Source: Meiothermus sp. (GTDB taxonomy: Bacteria; Deinococcota; Deinococci; Deinococcales; Thermaceae). From it: 64,000 nucleotides of DNA. This document shows, piece by piece, positions 19,298 to 28,782 of this stretch (position 1 is the stretch's first letter; every line of letters begins with the position of its first letter). Made by a program: the position numbers and the translations under genes. The notes under the pieces are model-generated. The model did not search any database, was not told the origin of the DNA, and saw nothing but the letters and a program-made list of their open reading frames with translations. The DNA is taken from contig JANRLD010000042.1 of assembly GCA_033762915.1 (NCBI GenBank), positions 96,001 to 160,000 on the forward strand, given 5' to 3'.

Positions 19298-19903
19298 GTG
19301 ACCCGCATCGATCACCTCGTCGTCGCCGCCCGCACCCTGGCCGAAGGCGTCAGGTACGTCGAAGACGCCCTGGGCGTGGGCATGCCGCAGGCGGGCGGCA
19401 AGCACCCGCTGATGGGCACCCACAACCGTCTGATGAGTCTGGGCGGCGGGGCATACCTCGAGGTCATCGCGCCCGACCCCGACGCACCCGACCCTGGTCG
19501 CCCCCGCTGGTTCGACCTCGACCGCTTCCGCCAGCCGCCGAGGCTGGTCACCTGGGTCGCGCGCGCGGACGACCTCGAGCGCCACGCCGCGCTCAACCTC
19601 GGAACCACACACAAGGCCAGCCGGGGCAGCCTCGAGTGGCTGATCGCCCTCCCCGAAGACGGCCGGCTACACCACGGGGGCGCGGTGCCGTACCTGATCC
19701 AGTGGGGCGCAGCTCACCCCACCGACGCCATGCCGGACTCGAGGTGTCGGCTCGAGAAGCTGACGGCTCACGCCTCAAACCCTTCCGAGGTCGAGGGCAT
19801 CTGGCGTCGGTTGGGCCTGGAGGACGGGCGGCTGGAGTGCACCGAAGGGAGTCCCGGCCTGGCTGCACTGATCCACACCCCGGGGGGGCCCAAGCTTCTC
19901 TAG
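19298..19903 (+). CDS. VOC/glyoxalase-like (Glyoxalase_3) protein
   Basis: IDHLVV, GGKHPLMGTHNRL, YLEVIA, PYLIQW; the stop codon is the first TAG of the downstream repeat. Confidence 0.9.
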   Translation: MTRIDHLVVAARTLAEGVRYVEDALGVGMPQAGGKHPLMGTHNRLMSLGGGAYLEVIAPDPDAPDPGRPRWFDLDRFRQPPRLVTWVARADDLERHAALNLGTTHKASRGSLEWLIALPEDGRLHHGGAVPYLIQWGAAHPTDAMPDSRCRLEKLTAHASNPSEVEGIWRRLGLEDGRLECTEGSPGLAALIHTPGGPKLL

Positions 19904-20007
19904 AGCGGTTCCCACGCATACTCCTTACGGCGCTAAAGCGGGTGGTTTTTGCTGTAGGGAGTACATTACCTGCCGCCGCGAGGGAGGTAATGCTGGGAAA
20001 CGCTATA
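19901..20007 (+). mobile_element. 107-bp MITE-like element with TA-ended imperfect terminal inverted repeats
   Basis: Ends are TAGAGCGGTTCCCA and TGGGAAACGCTATA; internal hairpins; a related copy lies at 6437-6629 and a lone end at 38276-38288. Confidence 0.72.
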
Positions 20008-20018
20008 AAGCACCAAAA

Positions 20019-20052
20019 ACCCCCTCCCGTCGGGAGGGGGTCGGGGGAGGGT
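20019..20052. repeat. REP-like hairpin or terminator downstream of rpoZ
   Basis: ACCCCCTCCCG-T-CGGGAGGGGGT followed by CGGGGGAGGGT. Confidence 0.6.
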
Positions 20053-20055
20053 AGC

Positions 20056-20364
20056 TCACTCCGCCGGCTCGATGACCTCGCGGGGGTACTGCTGGTCGAG
20101 GTACTTGGTCAGGCGATCTTCGGAGAGGATGCCCTCGCCGAGTTGCAGCCGCCCGCTCTGGAGTTCTTTCATGGCCCAGGTGACGGCGTTGGGGTCGGAC
20201 TTCTCGCCCTCGATGGTGCGCATCCGGGGCAACTCTGGGTTGTCGAGGACGGTGTTCCTGAAGTCGTAGCGGAGAAGCTGCTGGGCGCGCTTGGCGGTCA
20301 CCACGGTGAGGCGGTACTTGGAGTCGGTGAGGCCGAGCAGGGTGTCAATTCCGGGTTCTGCCAT
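20056..20364 (-). CDS. rpoZ: DNA-directed RNA polymerase subunit omega
   Basis: MAEPGID...[17 protein letters not shown]...[10 protein letters not shown], the Thermaceae-type omega sequence. Confidence 0.96.
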   Translation of the reverse strand: MAEPGIDTLLGLTDSKYRLTVVTAKRAQQLLRYDFRNTVLDNPELPRMRTIEGEKSDPNAVTWAMKELQSGRLQLGEGILSEDRLTKYLDQQYPREVIEPAE

Positions 20365-20503
20365 TGGGGGTCTCCTGTTCCAACACAACTAAATAAAGAT
20401 TGTACACCAAAACCGCCAAGGGCGAGCCGGCAATTGCGGGGATTCGCATCGGCGCGGCGGGAGGCGCTTGGGGTTGAAATCCGCTGATGGCTCGGGCCTG
20501 CCC

Positions 20504-22237
20504 TCACCTTGTGTTGGCCGCCAGTCCCGCGCCGTCCAGCCGGTACACCACCAGGTTGATGGGCAGGAAAGAGCCGGAGGCGGGGATCAGCTCGAGTTCC
20601 ACCGTGTCCAGGTGGGTCTCCCTGAACAGGATCATGGGGGTGTTGGGGCGGAAGAGGACACCGTTCTCGGGGACGGGCTTGAGCCGCCCGTTGACCGAGA
20701 TCGCACCCGCATACATGCCGCCTCTGGGCGAGAAGGCCCCCACCGTCCCGGCGGCCCCTTCGAGGCTGATCCGGTAGGTCACGCCGTAGTTGCCCCGCAG
20801 CCGCACCGGCTGGTAGGTCAGGGCGTCGAGGCCCTCCATGTGGGGGTCGTAGATGCCGTCGCCGATGATCACCCGGCCCGTGTTACCTTCCATGCGCACC
20901 TTGAGGTCGCGCTGGGCGCTGGGGAAAGTGCCCCGGATGTGGACGCCGTCGGGATCGAGGGGCGCGAGGCTGGCCAGCAGGTCGGGCCAGGCGTCGGGGC
21001 CGCTGCCGGGGGCGGGGATCAGCTCTTCCTCGACCATGGCGAAGGTGAGCTGCACCCGGCCTGTGGAGGCCAGGTCGGCCATCAGGTTGAGGCCTTGGCC
21101 TTGGCCCAGGCTCGAGGAGCTGAACAGCACCAGGGTGCGGCTGGGCTCGAGCCAGAGCTGGTAGCGCTGGCTCGAGAAGAGGAAGTCCATCAGGCTGGTC
21201 TGGCCCAGCACCGAGACCACCCGCGTGGAGGCAGTCTCGCCCAGCCGCTCGACCCGCAGGCTGAGGGGCTGGGTGTCCACATTGGTGGCCAGTACTACCA
21301 GCCGGGCTGGGGCCGGGTTGGGGTTGACGTGGTAGGCCAGCGCCCGGGCCTGACCGCTGAACTCGTCGGCGTAGAGGATTCCGGTGCGGTCGGGCTCCTC
21401 GGGGGAGTTGGAGACGATCAGGGGGATTTCGGCGTCCTGGCGGTAGGTGGTGAGGGGGGGATAGTCCAGCACCGCGTCATCGGTAAAGGTGCGGCCGACC
21501 TCGAGGTGGCGCAGCGCGAAGTCGCGGGGGCTGTACATCACTTCCGGCAGCACGTTGATCCGCACCGTGTAGGGCAAGCTGCTGCGTCCGGCGCGGTTGG
21601 TCACTACCAGGGTGATCTCCTTGGGGCCGGGGGTGAAGTAAGCCTGCTCGAGGCCGGTGTAGTCGAAGAGGATCGGCTGACCGTCGGGGTCGTGGGAGTA
21701 CTCGATCAGCCGCACCGGCTCGCCCAGGCGGTACTCGCGTTTGTCGGTGGCGAAGCGGGCTACCGGCAGGCTGGTGTCGCGGGCGTTCAGCCCTGGAACG
21801 TAGGTCAGGGTCAGCAGCCGCTGCACCCCGTCAAAGGCCAGGGTCAGGCCCAAACTCTGCTCGAGCGCCCGCGCCGCCACGAAGAAGGTGCCGTCCACCA
21901 CCGCTCCCACCTCCGCCAGGGGCAATTGCCGCCCGTTCAGCCTTGCCAGGCCGACCTGCGGGTAGACCTCGAGCCGCCCCATCCGCAGCCCCCCGCCCAC
22001 CTCGTTGCGCAGGTTCTCGGTGGGGACGCGGAGCGCCCGGGCGGCCTCGCGCAGCGGGAGCAGGGCGCGCCCGCCCTCCATCCGGGCCGGGGGCGCGAAG
22101 GCAATTGGGACGCCGTTCAAGTACGTCGAACCGCTGTCCAGGTCAAGAACCAGCTGCCGCGTGGGGACACTTTGTGCCGAGACCGACGAGAGAATTGACC
22201 AGAAAACCACGAATTTCACGACGCGCAGCCACTTCAC
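20504..22237 (-). CDS. Secreted protein with copper amine oxidase-like N-terminal (stalk) domains and an uncharacterised C-terminal domain
   Basis: Signal-like N-terminus ending SVSAQ; YLNG...PARMEGGRALLPLR and GTFFVAARAL repeats; later SNSPE, GILYAD, GNYGVTY motifs. Start inferred as GTG at 22237 with TATCCT upstream. Confidence 0.7.
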   Translation of the reverse strand: MKWLRVVKFVVFWSILSSVSAQSVPTRQLVLDLDSGSTYLNGVPIAFAPPARMEGGRALLPLREAARALRVPTENLRNEVGGGLRMGRLEVYPQVGLARLNGRQLPLAEVGAVVDGTFFVAARALEQSLGLTLAFDGVQRLLTLTYVPGLNARDTSLPVARFATDKREYRLGEPVRLIEYSHDPDGQPILFDYTGLEQAYFTPGPKEITLVVTNRAGRSSLPYTVRINVLPEVMYSPRDFALRHLEVGRTFTDDAVLDYPPLTTYRQDAEIPLIVSNSPEEPDRTGILYADEFSGQARALAYHVNPNPAPARLVVLATNVDTQPLSLRVERLGETASTRVVSVLGQTSLMDFLFSSQRYQLWLEPSRTLVLFSSSSLGQGQGLNLMADLASTGRVQLTFAMVEEELIPAPGSGPDAWPDLLASLAPLDPDGVHIRGTFPSAQRDLKVRMEGNTGRVIIGDGIYDPHMEGLDALTYQPVRLRGNYGVTYRISLEGAAGTVGAFSPRGGMYAGAISVNGRLKPVPENGVLFRPNTPMILFRETHLDTVELELIPASGSFLPINLVVYRLDGAGLAANTR

Positions 22238-22344
22238 AACCCTAGAGGATAGCAGATGGTCGGGTAAAAGAGTAGGAAAAATGCCGGGCGGGGTTGGGAG
22301 ATTCTTGAGCTGTGGGTAGTCGGGAGGGTCCGACCGCAACTTTA

Positions 22345-22407
22345 ACTTTCGTCTAGCTTTCGTTATGCCGGATTTAGATTGACAAACGAAACAAGTGTCC
22401 ATAGAAT
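22345..22407 (+). promoter_or_regulatory. iol operon promoter TTGACA-17-TAGAAT with upstream CTTTCGT direct repeats (candidate DeoR/IolR operator)
   Basis: TTGACA at 22379-22384 and TAGAAT at 22402-22407; CTTTCGT twice at 11-bp spacing, plus an inverted ACGAAA inside the spacer. Confidence 0.65.
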
Positions 22408-22556
22408 GGCCCAGACCACGACAGTCAACGCGTCGCCCCGGCGGGCCGATGGGGGCCTGGGGGCTCGAGGTGGTCGGGGAGGGTCGCTCGAGCGGCGCTC
22501 TAGGTCGGGTTCGCCCGCCATTGAGCCTGGGCGCGGCCTGTAAAGGAGTATCCACG

Positions 22557-23567
22557 ATGAGGGAAACGGTCGGAGTGGCATTTATCGGCGCTGGGCGGAT
22601 GGGTCTGTCGCACGCCCGCACACTGGGCGGCATCCCCGCCGCGCGGGTGGTGGTGGTGGCCGACCCCGATTTAGAGGCCGCCCGGAGGGGCCAGGCCCTG
22701 TGCGGTGCCGAGACTGCGACCTCGGACATAGACGCTGCCATCGGCGCACCCGGCGTCGAGGCGGTGATGATCGTCACCCCCACCAATACCCACGCCGCCC
22801 TGATCCAGAAGGCCGCCAGGGCGGGCAAGGCGGTCTGGTGCGAGAAGCCTATCGCCCTCACGTTGGCCGAGACCCAGCAGACCTTGGAGGTCGTCGAGGC
22901 CGCGGGCGTACCCTGCCAGATCGGCTTCCAGCGCCGCTACGACCCCGGCTACGCGCAGGCCCGGCGGCTGATCGAGGAGGGCAAACTGGGCAAGCTCGAG
23001 GCCTTCCGCGCCCTGAGCCGCGACACCTACCTCCCCTCCCCGCAGTCGCTGCCGCCCAGCGGGGGGACCTTCCTGGACATGAGCGTGCACGACTTCGACC
23101 TAGCCCGCTTCCTGGTAGGCGAGGTGGAGGAAGTGAGTGCCTGGGGGGCGGTGTTGGCCCATCCGATGTTCGCCGACGCCGACGACTGCGACACCGCCGT
23201 GTGCATGCTGCGCTTCGAGAGCGGGGTGCTGGGTGTGGTCGAGGCCGCGCGGCACTCCAACTGGGGCTACGACATCCGCACCGAGGTGGCGGGCTCGGAG
23301 GGCAAGGTGGTCATCGAGGCCCCGCCTAAGACCCCCCTCCAGCACTTCACCGGCTTCCAGAACCACACCGACGTTTACCTCAACTTCCCCGACCGCTTCG
23401 AGCAGGCCTACCGCAGCCAGATGGAGGCGTTTTTCGACGCGCTGCTGCAAGGCAAAACGCCCACGCCCGGGCCGAGGGACGCCCTCGAGACCCTGCGCAT
23501 ATGCCTCGCGGCCAAGCAGAGCTGGAAGCAGGGCCGCCCGGTTAAGGTCAGAGAGGTGCGGGATTGA
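22557..23567 (+). CDS. iolG: Inositol 2-dehydrogenase family (Gfo/Idh/MocA)
   Basis: IGAGRMG, TPTNTH, CEKP, GFQRRYD, SGG.FLDMSVHDFD, GYDIRTEV; SD AAGGAG. Confidence 0.85.
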   Translation: MRETVGVAFIGAGRMGLSHARTLGGIPAARVVVVADPDLEAARRGQALCGAETATSDIDAAIGAPGVEAVMIVTPTNTHAALIQKAARAGKAVWCEKPIALTLAETQQTLEVVEAAGVPCQIGFQRRYDPGYAQARRLIEEGKLGKLEAFRALSRDTYLPSPQSLPPSGGTFLDMSVHDFDLARFLVGEVEEVSAWGAVLAHPMFADADDCDTAVCMLRFESGVLGVVEAARHSNWGYDIRTEVAGSEGKVVIEAPPKTPLQHFTGFQNHTDVYLNFPDRFEQAYRSQMEAFFDALLQGKTPTPGPRDALETLRICLAAKQSWKQGRPVKVREVRD

Positions 23568-23606
23568 GGCGGAAGCCTAAGGGTTGAAAGCAAAATCCTG
23601 GATGAC

Positions 23607-24653
23607 ATGAGTACCTCTAACCCAATAAAAACAGGAAAGCCCTTGGGCCTGGCTCTGGTCGGGGCTGGGCGGATGGGGTGGATTTTTGCCAGGGCCGTGC
23701 ACGGGCTGATCGACGAGGCGCGGCTGCGCTGGGTGGTCAGCCGAGGCGAGGCGGGCGCACGGAAGATGGGCGAAGCCTTCGGCTGCAACTTCGGCACCGA
23801 GGTCGGGGCGGCGCTGTCAGATCCTGCGGTGGACGCGGTGATCATCGCCACCACCACGCCCTCGCACGCCGAGTACGCCGTGGCCTGCGCCGAGGCCGGC
23901 AAGCCCTACTTCGTCGAGAAGCCCATCGCGGACTCCTTGGAAAACGGCCGCCGGATGGTGCAGGCCACCGAGCGGGCGGGTGTGCCCAGCATGGTCGGGT
24001 TTCACCGCCGATTCGACCCCGCCTATGTGCTGGCCAAAGCCGAGATAGAAGCGGGGAACTTGGGTAAGCTCGAGATTTTCCGCTCGATCTCGCGCGACCC
24101 CGATTTGGGAATCTCGAGCCTCGAGTTTCACCTAACCAGCGGCGGGTTGATTGTCGATTTGGGCGTGCATGACATGGACTTGGCCCGGTGGTTTATGGGC
24201 GAGGTAAGCGAGGTGGTGGCGTGGGGCGGGGCCCTGGCCGATCCCAGCTTGGCCCAGCACAACCTGCACGATACCGCGGTGGCGATGCTCAAGTTTGAAA
24301 ACGGCGGTTTTGGTACGGTGGAGATGGCCCGCCGCACCGCGTACGGCCACGAGGTGCGCACCGAAGTTTTGGGTGAAAGAGGCAAGGTAGACATTGAGCG
24401 CGACCAGCGCGGCGACCTACGCCTCTACGGCGCAGCGGGCGGGCAGTTCGACCGCGCCCGGGGCTTTGAGGAGCGTTTCGCCGAGGCCTACCGGGCCGAG
24501 ATTGCCGCCTTTGTGCGGGGTCTGCGGAGCGGTCAAGCCCTGACCCCCAGCATTCGCGACGGCTGGTATTCGCTGCGTCTTGCGGCCGCCGCGCAGCATG
24601 CCCTTTCTACAGGTCGGGTGGTGAAGGTCAACGAGTTTGGAGGGGAGTTGTGA
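23607..24653 (+). CDS. Gfo/Idh/MocA inositol-isomer dehydrogenase paralogue
   Basis: GAGRMG, EKP, GFHRRFD, DLGVHDMD. Confidence 0.85.
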   Translation: MSTSNPIKTGKPLGLALVGAGRMGWIFARAVHGLIDEARLRWVVSRGEAGARKMGEAFGCNFGTEVGAALSDPAVDAVIIATTTPSHAEYAVACAEAGKPYFVEKPIADSLENGRRMVQATERAGVPSMVGFHRRFDPAYVLAKAEIEAGNLGKLEIFRSISRDPDLGISSLEFHLTSGGLIVDLGVHDMDLARWFMGEVSEVVAWGGALADPSLAQHNLHDTAVAMLKFENGGFGTVEMARRTAYGHEVRTEVLGERGKVDIERDQRGDLRLYGAAGGQFDRARGFEERFAEAYRAEIAAFVRGLRSGQALTPSIRDGWYSLRLAAAAQHALSTGRVVKVNEFGGEL

Positions 24654-24659
24654 TGTCCG

Positions 24660-24685
24660 TAGGGGCGCCACGCGTGGCGCCCCTA
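24660..24685. repeat. Perfect 26-bp palindrome, GTAG-class REP-like
   Basis: TAGGGGCGCCACGCGTGGCGCCCCTA equals its own reverse complement and is preceded by G (GTAG). Confidence 0.75.
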
Positions 24686-24764
24686 GGGGTACGACCCCGC
24701 AATTTCATCTGCCCTGACAGCCGTATGATCTCAGGAGAAAAATAACCCAGAAAAGAGGAAACCT

Positions 24765-26645
24765 ATGAACACACAACGGCTTACGGTCGCCCAGGCCATC
24801 GTCTTGTTTCTCGCCAACCAGTACTCCGCCCGCGACGGCAGGCAGGTTCGCATCGTGCCGGGTTTCTGGGCGATCTTCGGGCACGGCAATGTGGCGGGGC
24901 TGGGGCAGGCCCTGGAGGAGATGGGCGACGACCTGCGCATGCCCACCTACCGCCCGCAGAACGAGCAGGCCATGGTGCATCTGGCGGCGGCCTACGCCAA
25001 GCACACCAACCGCATGGCCACCTTCGCCTGCACCGCCTCTATCGGGCCGGGCTCCACTAACATGCTCACCGCCGCCGCTGGGGCCACCATCAACCGCCTG
25101 CCGGTCCTGCTGTTCCCCTCCGACTACTTCGGCAACCGCATCCCCGATCCGGTGTTGCAGCAGCTCGAGCATCCCATCGAGCACGACAGCAGCGTCAACG
25201 ACGCCTTCCGCCTGGTGAGCCGCTTCTACACCCGCGTCACCCGACCCGAGCAGCTCTTGTCGGCGCTGCCCGAGGCCATGCGCGTGCTCACCGACCCGGC
25301 CGAAACGGGCGCCGTCACCATCTCCTTGCCCGAAGACGTGCAGACCGAGGCCTACGACTGGCCCAGCGAGTTCTTCGCCAAACGCGTCTGGCGCATTCGC
25401 CGCCCCGTCCCCGAGCCTGAGGTGCTCACCCAAGTGGCCGACCTCATCAAGAAGGCCAAGCGCCCGCTGATCCTGGCGGGCGGCGGGGTGATGTATGCCG
25501 AGGCCAACGAGGCCCTGGCGCAGTTTGCCCAAACTTTTGGGATTCCCGTCACCGAGTCCCAGGCGGGCAAAGGGGCCATTCCCTGGAACCACCCGATGAA
25601 CATGGGGGCCATCGGCTCGGCGGGCGGGCTGGCGGCCAACATGCTGGCCCAAAGCGCCGACCTGGTGATCGCCATCGGGACGCGCCTGGGCGATTTCGTG
25701 ACGGCCTCCAAGACCGCCTTCCAAAACCCGGCGGTGCGTTTTGTGGGCTTGAACGTGGTGCCCATGGACGCCGCCAAGCTCTCGGGGGTGTCGCTGGTGG
25801 CCGACGCTAGGCGCGGCCTCGAGGCCCTCACCGCGGCCCTGGGGAGCTTCAAAGGCACCTCGGCGGCCTACCAGAAGGAAGCCGCCAAGCTCAAGGCCGA
25901 GTGGGAAAAAATCGTCGGCGAGTACCGCACCCCCCAGCCCAAGAAACCCCGCCTGGCCCAGACCGAGGTGATGGGCATGGTCAACGAGTTCGTGGGGGGC
26001 AAGGCCACCGTCATCTGCGCGGCGGGCAGCATGCCCGGCGACCTGCTCAAGCTCTGGCGGCCCGAAGATCCCAAGGCCTACCACGTCGAGTACGGCTTCT
26101 CCTGCATGGGCTACGAGATCCCTGCGGCGCTCGGGGTCAAGCTGGCCGACCCCAAGCGCGAGGTGGTGGTCTTTATGGGCGACGGGACCTACTTGATGAT
26201 GAACTCCGAGATCGTCACCGCCGTAGCTGAGGGCCTCGAGTTCACCCTGATGCTCATCGACAACAAGGGCTATGGCTCGATCCGCCGCCTGCAGATGGAG
26301 ACCGGTTCGCCCTCCTTCAATAACGAGCTGCGCCACCGCGCCCGCTCGGGCCGTACCGACGGCCCGCCGGTGCAGGTGGACTTCGCCAAGCACGCCGAGT
26401 CGATGGGGGCCAAGGCCTGGCACGTCAAGAGCTACGACGAACTCGAGGCCGCCCTAGCCAAGGCCCGGAAGGCAAAGGGGGTCAAGGTGATCGTGGTTCC
26501 GGTGAGCCTGGACGAGAGCGCTCGGGGCTTCGAGAGCTGGTGGGACGCTCCGATGTCGGAAGTCTCAGAGCGCCCCAAGGTGATTAAGGCCCGCAAGGCC
26601 TACGAGGCCAAAGTCAAGCGGCAGCGGAAGTACTTCAGACCTTGA
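24765..26645 (+). CDS. iolD: 3D-(3,5/4)-trihydroxycyclohexane-1,2-dione acylhydrolase
   Basis: RLTVAQA, IFGHGNVAG, NEQAM, SIGPG, PDPVLQQLE, YHVEYGFSCMGYE, GDGTYLM, ESWWD. Confidence 0.97.
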   Translation: MNTQRLTVAQAIVLFLANQYSARDGRQVRIVPGFWAIFGHGNVAGLGQALEEMGDDLRMPTYRPQNEQAMVHLAAAYAKHTNRMATFACTASIGPGSTNMLTAAAGATINRLPVLLFPSDYFGNRIPDPVLQQLEHPIEHDSSVNDAFRLVSRFYTRVTRPEQLLSALPEAMRVLTDPAETGAVTISLPEDVQTEAYDWPSEFFAKRVWRIRRPVPEPEVLTQVADLIKKAKRPLILAGGGVMYAEANEALAQFAQTFGIPVTESQAGKGAIPWNHPMNMGAIGSAGGLAANMLAQSADLVIAIGTRLGDFVTASKTAFQNPAVRFVGLNVVPMDAAKLSGVSLVADARRGLEALTAALGSFKGTSAAYQKEAAKLKAEWEKIVGEYRTPQPKKPRLAQTEVMGMVNEFVGGKATVICAAGSMPGDLLKLWRPEDPKAYHVEYGFSCMGYEIPAALGVKLADPKREVVVFMGDGTYLMMNSEIVTAVAEGLEFTLMLIDNKGYGSIRRLQMETGSPSFNNELRHRARSGRTDGPPVQVDFAKHAESMGAKAWHVKSYDELEAALAKARKAKGVKVIVVPVSLDESARGFESWWDAPMSEVSERPKVIKARKAYEAKVKRQRKYFRP

Positions 26646-26679
26646 TGCGGCCGCAAGCCGCAAGCCCGGCCTGCCTTTA

Positions 26680-26725
26680 GCCTGAGGCCTGAGGCCTGAG
26701 ACCTGAGACCTGAGACCTGAGACCT
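26680..26725 (+). repeat. Tandem heptamer array (RCCTGAG x6.5)
   Basis: GCCTGAG x3, ACCTGAG x3, then ACCT; GCCGCAA x2 lies just upstream. Confidence 0.9.
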
Positions 26726-26743
26726 CTTTTCCAGTGAGGAGCC

Positions 26744-27667
26744 ATGAAAGACATTCGTTTAGCCAACGCCCCCTGCTCGTGGGGCACGATCGAGGGCTGG
26801 GGGCAGAGCATTGCCTATGGGCAGATGCTCGATGAGTTGGTGGCCACCGGCTACACGGGAACCGAATTGGGCGACTACGGCTACATGCCCACCGATCCGG
26901 CGCAACTGGCCCAAGAACTCAGGTCGCGCAACCTGACCATGCTTGGGGCTTACGAGGGCGTGTACCTGCGCGACCCCAACACCCACGCCGAGGGCCAGCA
27001 AAAAGTGTTGCGCAATGCGCGACTGCTCAAAAGCGTGGCAGACCCCGGCAGTTTGCCCTTCGTGGTGATTGCCGACGAACACAGCCGCGACGCGCTGCGC
27101 TTCGAGAACGCCGGCCGGGTAAAGCCCGGGATGAGCCTTTCCGAGGCCGACTGGAAGGTGTTTGCCAGGGGTGTGAACCAGATCGCCAAGGCCGTGCACG
27201 ACGAGACCGGCTTGCGCTCGGTGTTTCACCACCACTGCGCGGGGTATGTCGAGGCTCCTTGGGAAATCGAGGAGCTGCTGGGCCGCACCGACTCGAGCTA
27301 CGTGGGTTTGGTGTTTGACACCGGGCACTACCTCTACGGCACCGGGCAAAACGACGGTTCGGCGGTGTTGGAGGCCCTGGAGCGATTCAAGAGCCGCCTG
27401 TGGTACGTCCACTACAAAGACTGCCACCCGACGGTTGCAGCCCAGGCCCGCACCCAAGGCTGGAACTACAAGGAAGCCATTGGACACGGGGTGTTCTGCG
27501 AACTCGGGCAGGGACAGGTGGACTTTACCGCCGTAACCCACAAGCTGCACGAACTCGGCTACAAGGGCTGGATCTGCGTCGAGCAAGACGTGCTGCCCGG
27601 TATGGGCGAGCCCAAGGAAAGTGCGCGGCGCAATCGGGAGCACCTGGCGAGGGTTGCGGGGCTATGA
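26744..27667 (+). CDS. iolE: Myo-inosose-2 dehydratase (IolE-type TIM barrel)
   Basis: NAPCSWG, GY.GTELG, FHHH, FDTGH, VHYKD, FCELGQG.VDF, WICVEQD. Confidence 0.88.
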   Translation: MKDIRLANAPCSWGTIEGWGQSIAYGQMLDELVATGYTGTELGDYGYMPTDPAQLAQELRSRNLTMLGAYEGVYLRDPNTHAEGQQKVLRNARLLKSVADPGSLPFVVIADEHSRDALRFENAGRVKPGMSLSEADWKVFARGVNQIAKAVHDETGLRSVFHHHCAGYVEAPWEIEELLGRTDSSYVGLVFDTGHYLYGTGQNDGSAVLEALERFKSRLWYVHYKDCHPTVAAQARTQGWNYKEAIGHGVFCELGQGQVDFTAVTHKLHELGYKGWICVEQDVLPGMGEPKESARRNREHLARVAGL

Positions 27668-28782
27668 AAAGGCCGAGAGCCGAGCCAAGCCCGAAAGCCG
27701 AGGGCAAAAAGCTCAAAGCCAAAGGCCCGAGGCGAGAAGCTAACGGCAGGAAAAGCCCCGCCGCCCCTGGGGGAGGGGTTCTTTATGACCTGATTACCAT
27801 GGGCCGCTCCTCCATAGACCTGTACTCCAACGACATCGGGGCTGGGTTTCCCGACATCCGCGGGTTCGGGGCCTACATCGGCGGAAGCCCGCTCAACATC
27901 GCGGTGGGGGCCAGTCGGTTGGGGCTCAGGGCGGCGCTGCTGACGGCGGTGGGGGCCGACAAGGTGGGGGAATATCTGCTCGAGCGCCTTCGCCGCGAGC
28001 GGGTGGAAACCAGGTACATCCCCGTCAAAACGGGGACCCGTTCTTCGGCAGTGCTGGTGGGCATTCAGCCCCCCGATAAATTCCCCATCACCTTCTACCG
28101 CGAAAACGCCGCCGACATCCAACTCGGCATTGACGATGTGGCCGGTCTGCCCCTGGACCAGACCAAAGCGGTCCAGCTCTCGGGCGCGGCCCTGGCCAAA
28201 GAGCCCAGCCGCAGCGCGGTGTTTTATCTGGCCGAGCAAGCCAAGGCACGCGGTCTTGCGGTGTTTATGGACCTCGACTTCCGCGCCGACCAGTGGCACG
28301 ACCCCCGCGCCTATGGGCTGGCGGTGCGGGCGATTCTACCGCTGGTGGACGTGGCCATTGGGACCGAGGAAGAGATCAACGCCGCCATGCTGCGCCGCCC
28401 CGAGGATTTGGTCATTCGCGATTCGCAAATCACCGCGCCAGAGATTCACGGCGATGTCGAGGCCAACATCCAGGTGCTGCTCTCCAGGGGGCCTGAGGCG
28501 CTGGTGGTCAAGCGCGGGGCCAAGGGGGCGGACGTGTACTTGCAGGGCGGAGAGCCAATTCGCGTGCCGGGTTTCCCAGTCGAGGTGGTGAGCATTTTGG
28601 GGGCGGGGGACGCCTTCGCGGCCGGCTTTATCTACGGGCGACTGCAGGGCTGGGACTGGTACAAGAGCGCCCGCATGGGCAACGCCTGCGGGGCCATCGT
28701 AGTCACGCGCATCGGCTGCGCCGATTTCACCGCCTACTTGGACGAGGCGCTGGAGTTCATCGAATCCAAGGGGGGGTTTTAG
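27664..28782 (+). CDS. iolC: 5-dehydro-2-deoxygluconokinase (PfkB family)
   Basis: DLITMGRSSIDLY, GGSPLNIAVG, FYRENAAD, DLDFR, GAGDAF; ATGA overlap with iolE. Confidence 0.93.
   Translation: MKRPRAEPSPKAEGKKLKAKGPRREANGRKSPAAPGGGVLYDLITMGRSSIDLYSNDIGAGFPDIRGFGAYIGGSPLNIAVGASRLGLRAALLTAVGADKVGEYLLERLRRERVETRYIPVKTGTRSSAVLVGIQPPDKFPITFYRENAADIQLGIDDVAGLPLDQTKAVQLSGAALAKEPSRSAVFYLAEQAKARGLAVFMDLDFRADQWHDPRAYGLAVRAILPLVDVAIGTEEEINAAMLRRPEDLVIRDSQITAPEIHGDVEANIQVLLSRGPEALVVKRGAKGADVYLQGGEPIRVPGFPVEVVSILGAGDAFAAGFIYGRLQGWDWYKSARMGNACGAIVVTRIGCADFTAYLDEALEFIESKGGF

Noticed and set aside
22414..22556. Riboswitch in the ~140-nt iol leader
   Set aside because: It is GC-rich but has no recognisable aptamer consensus or terminator.
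22238..22861. N-terminal extension of the 785-aa ORF
   Set aside because: It overlaps iolG and its promoter on the opposite strand; the real start is probably near 22237.
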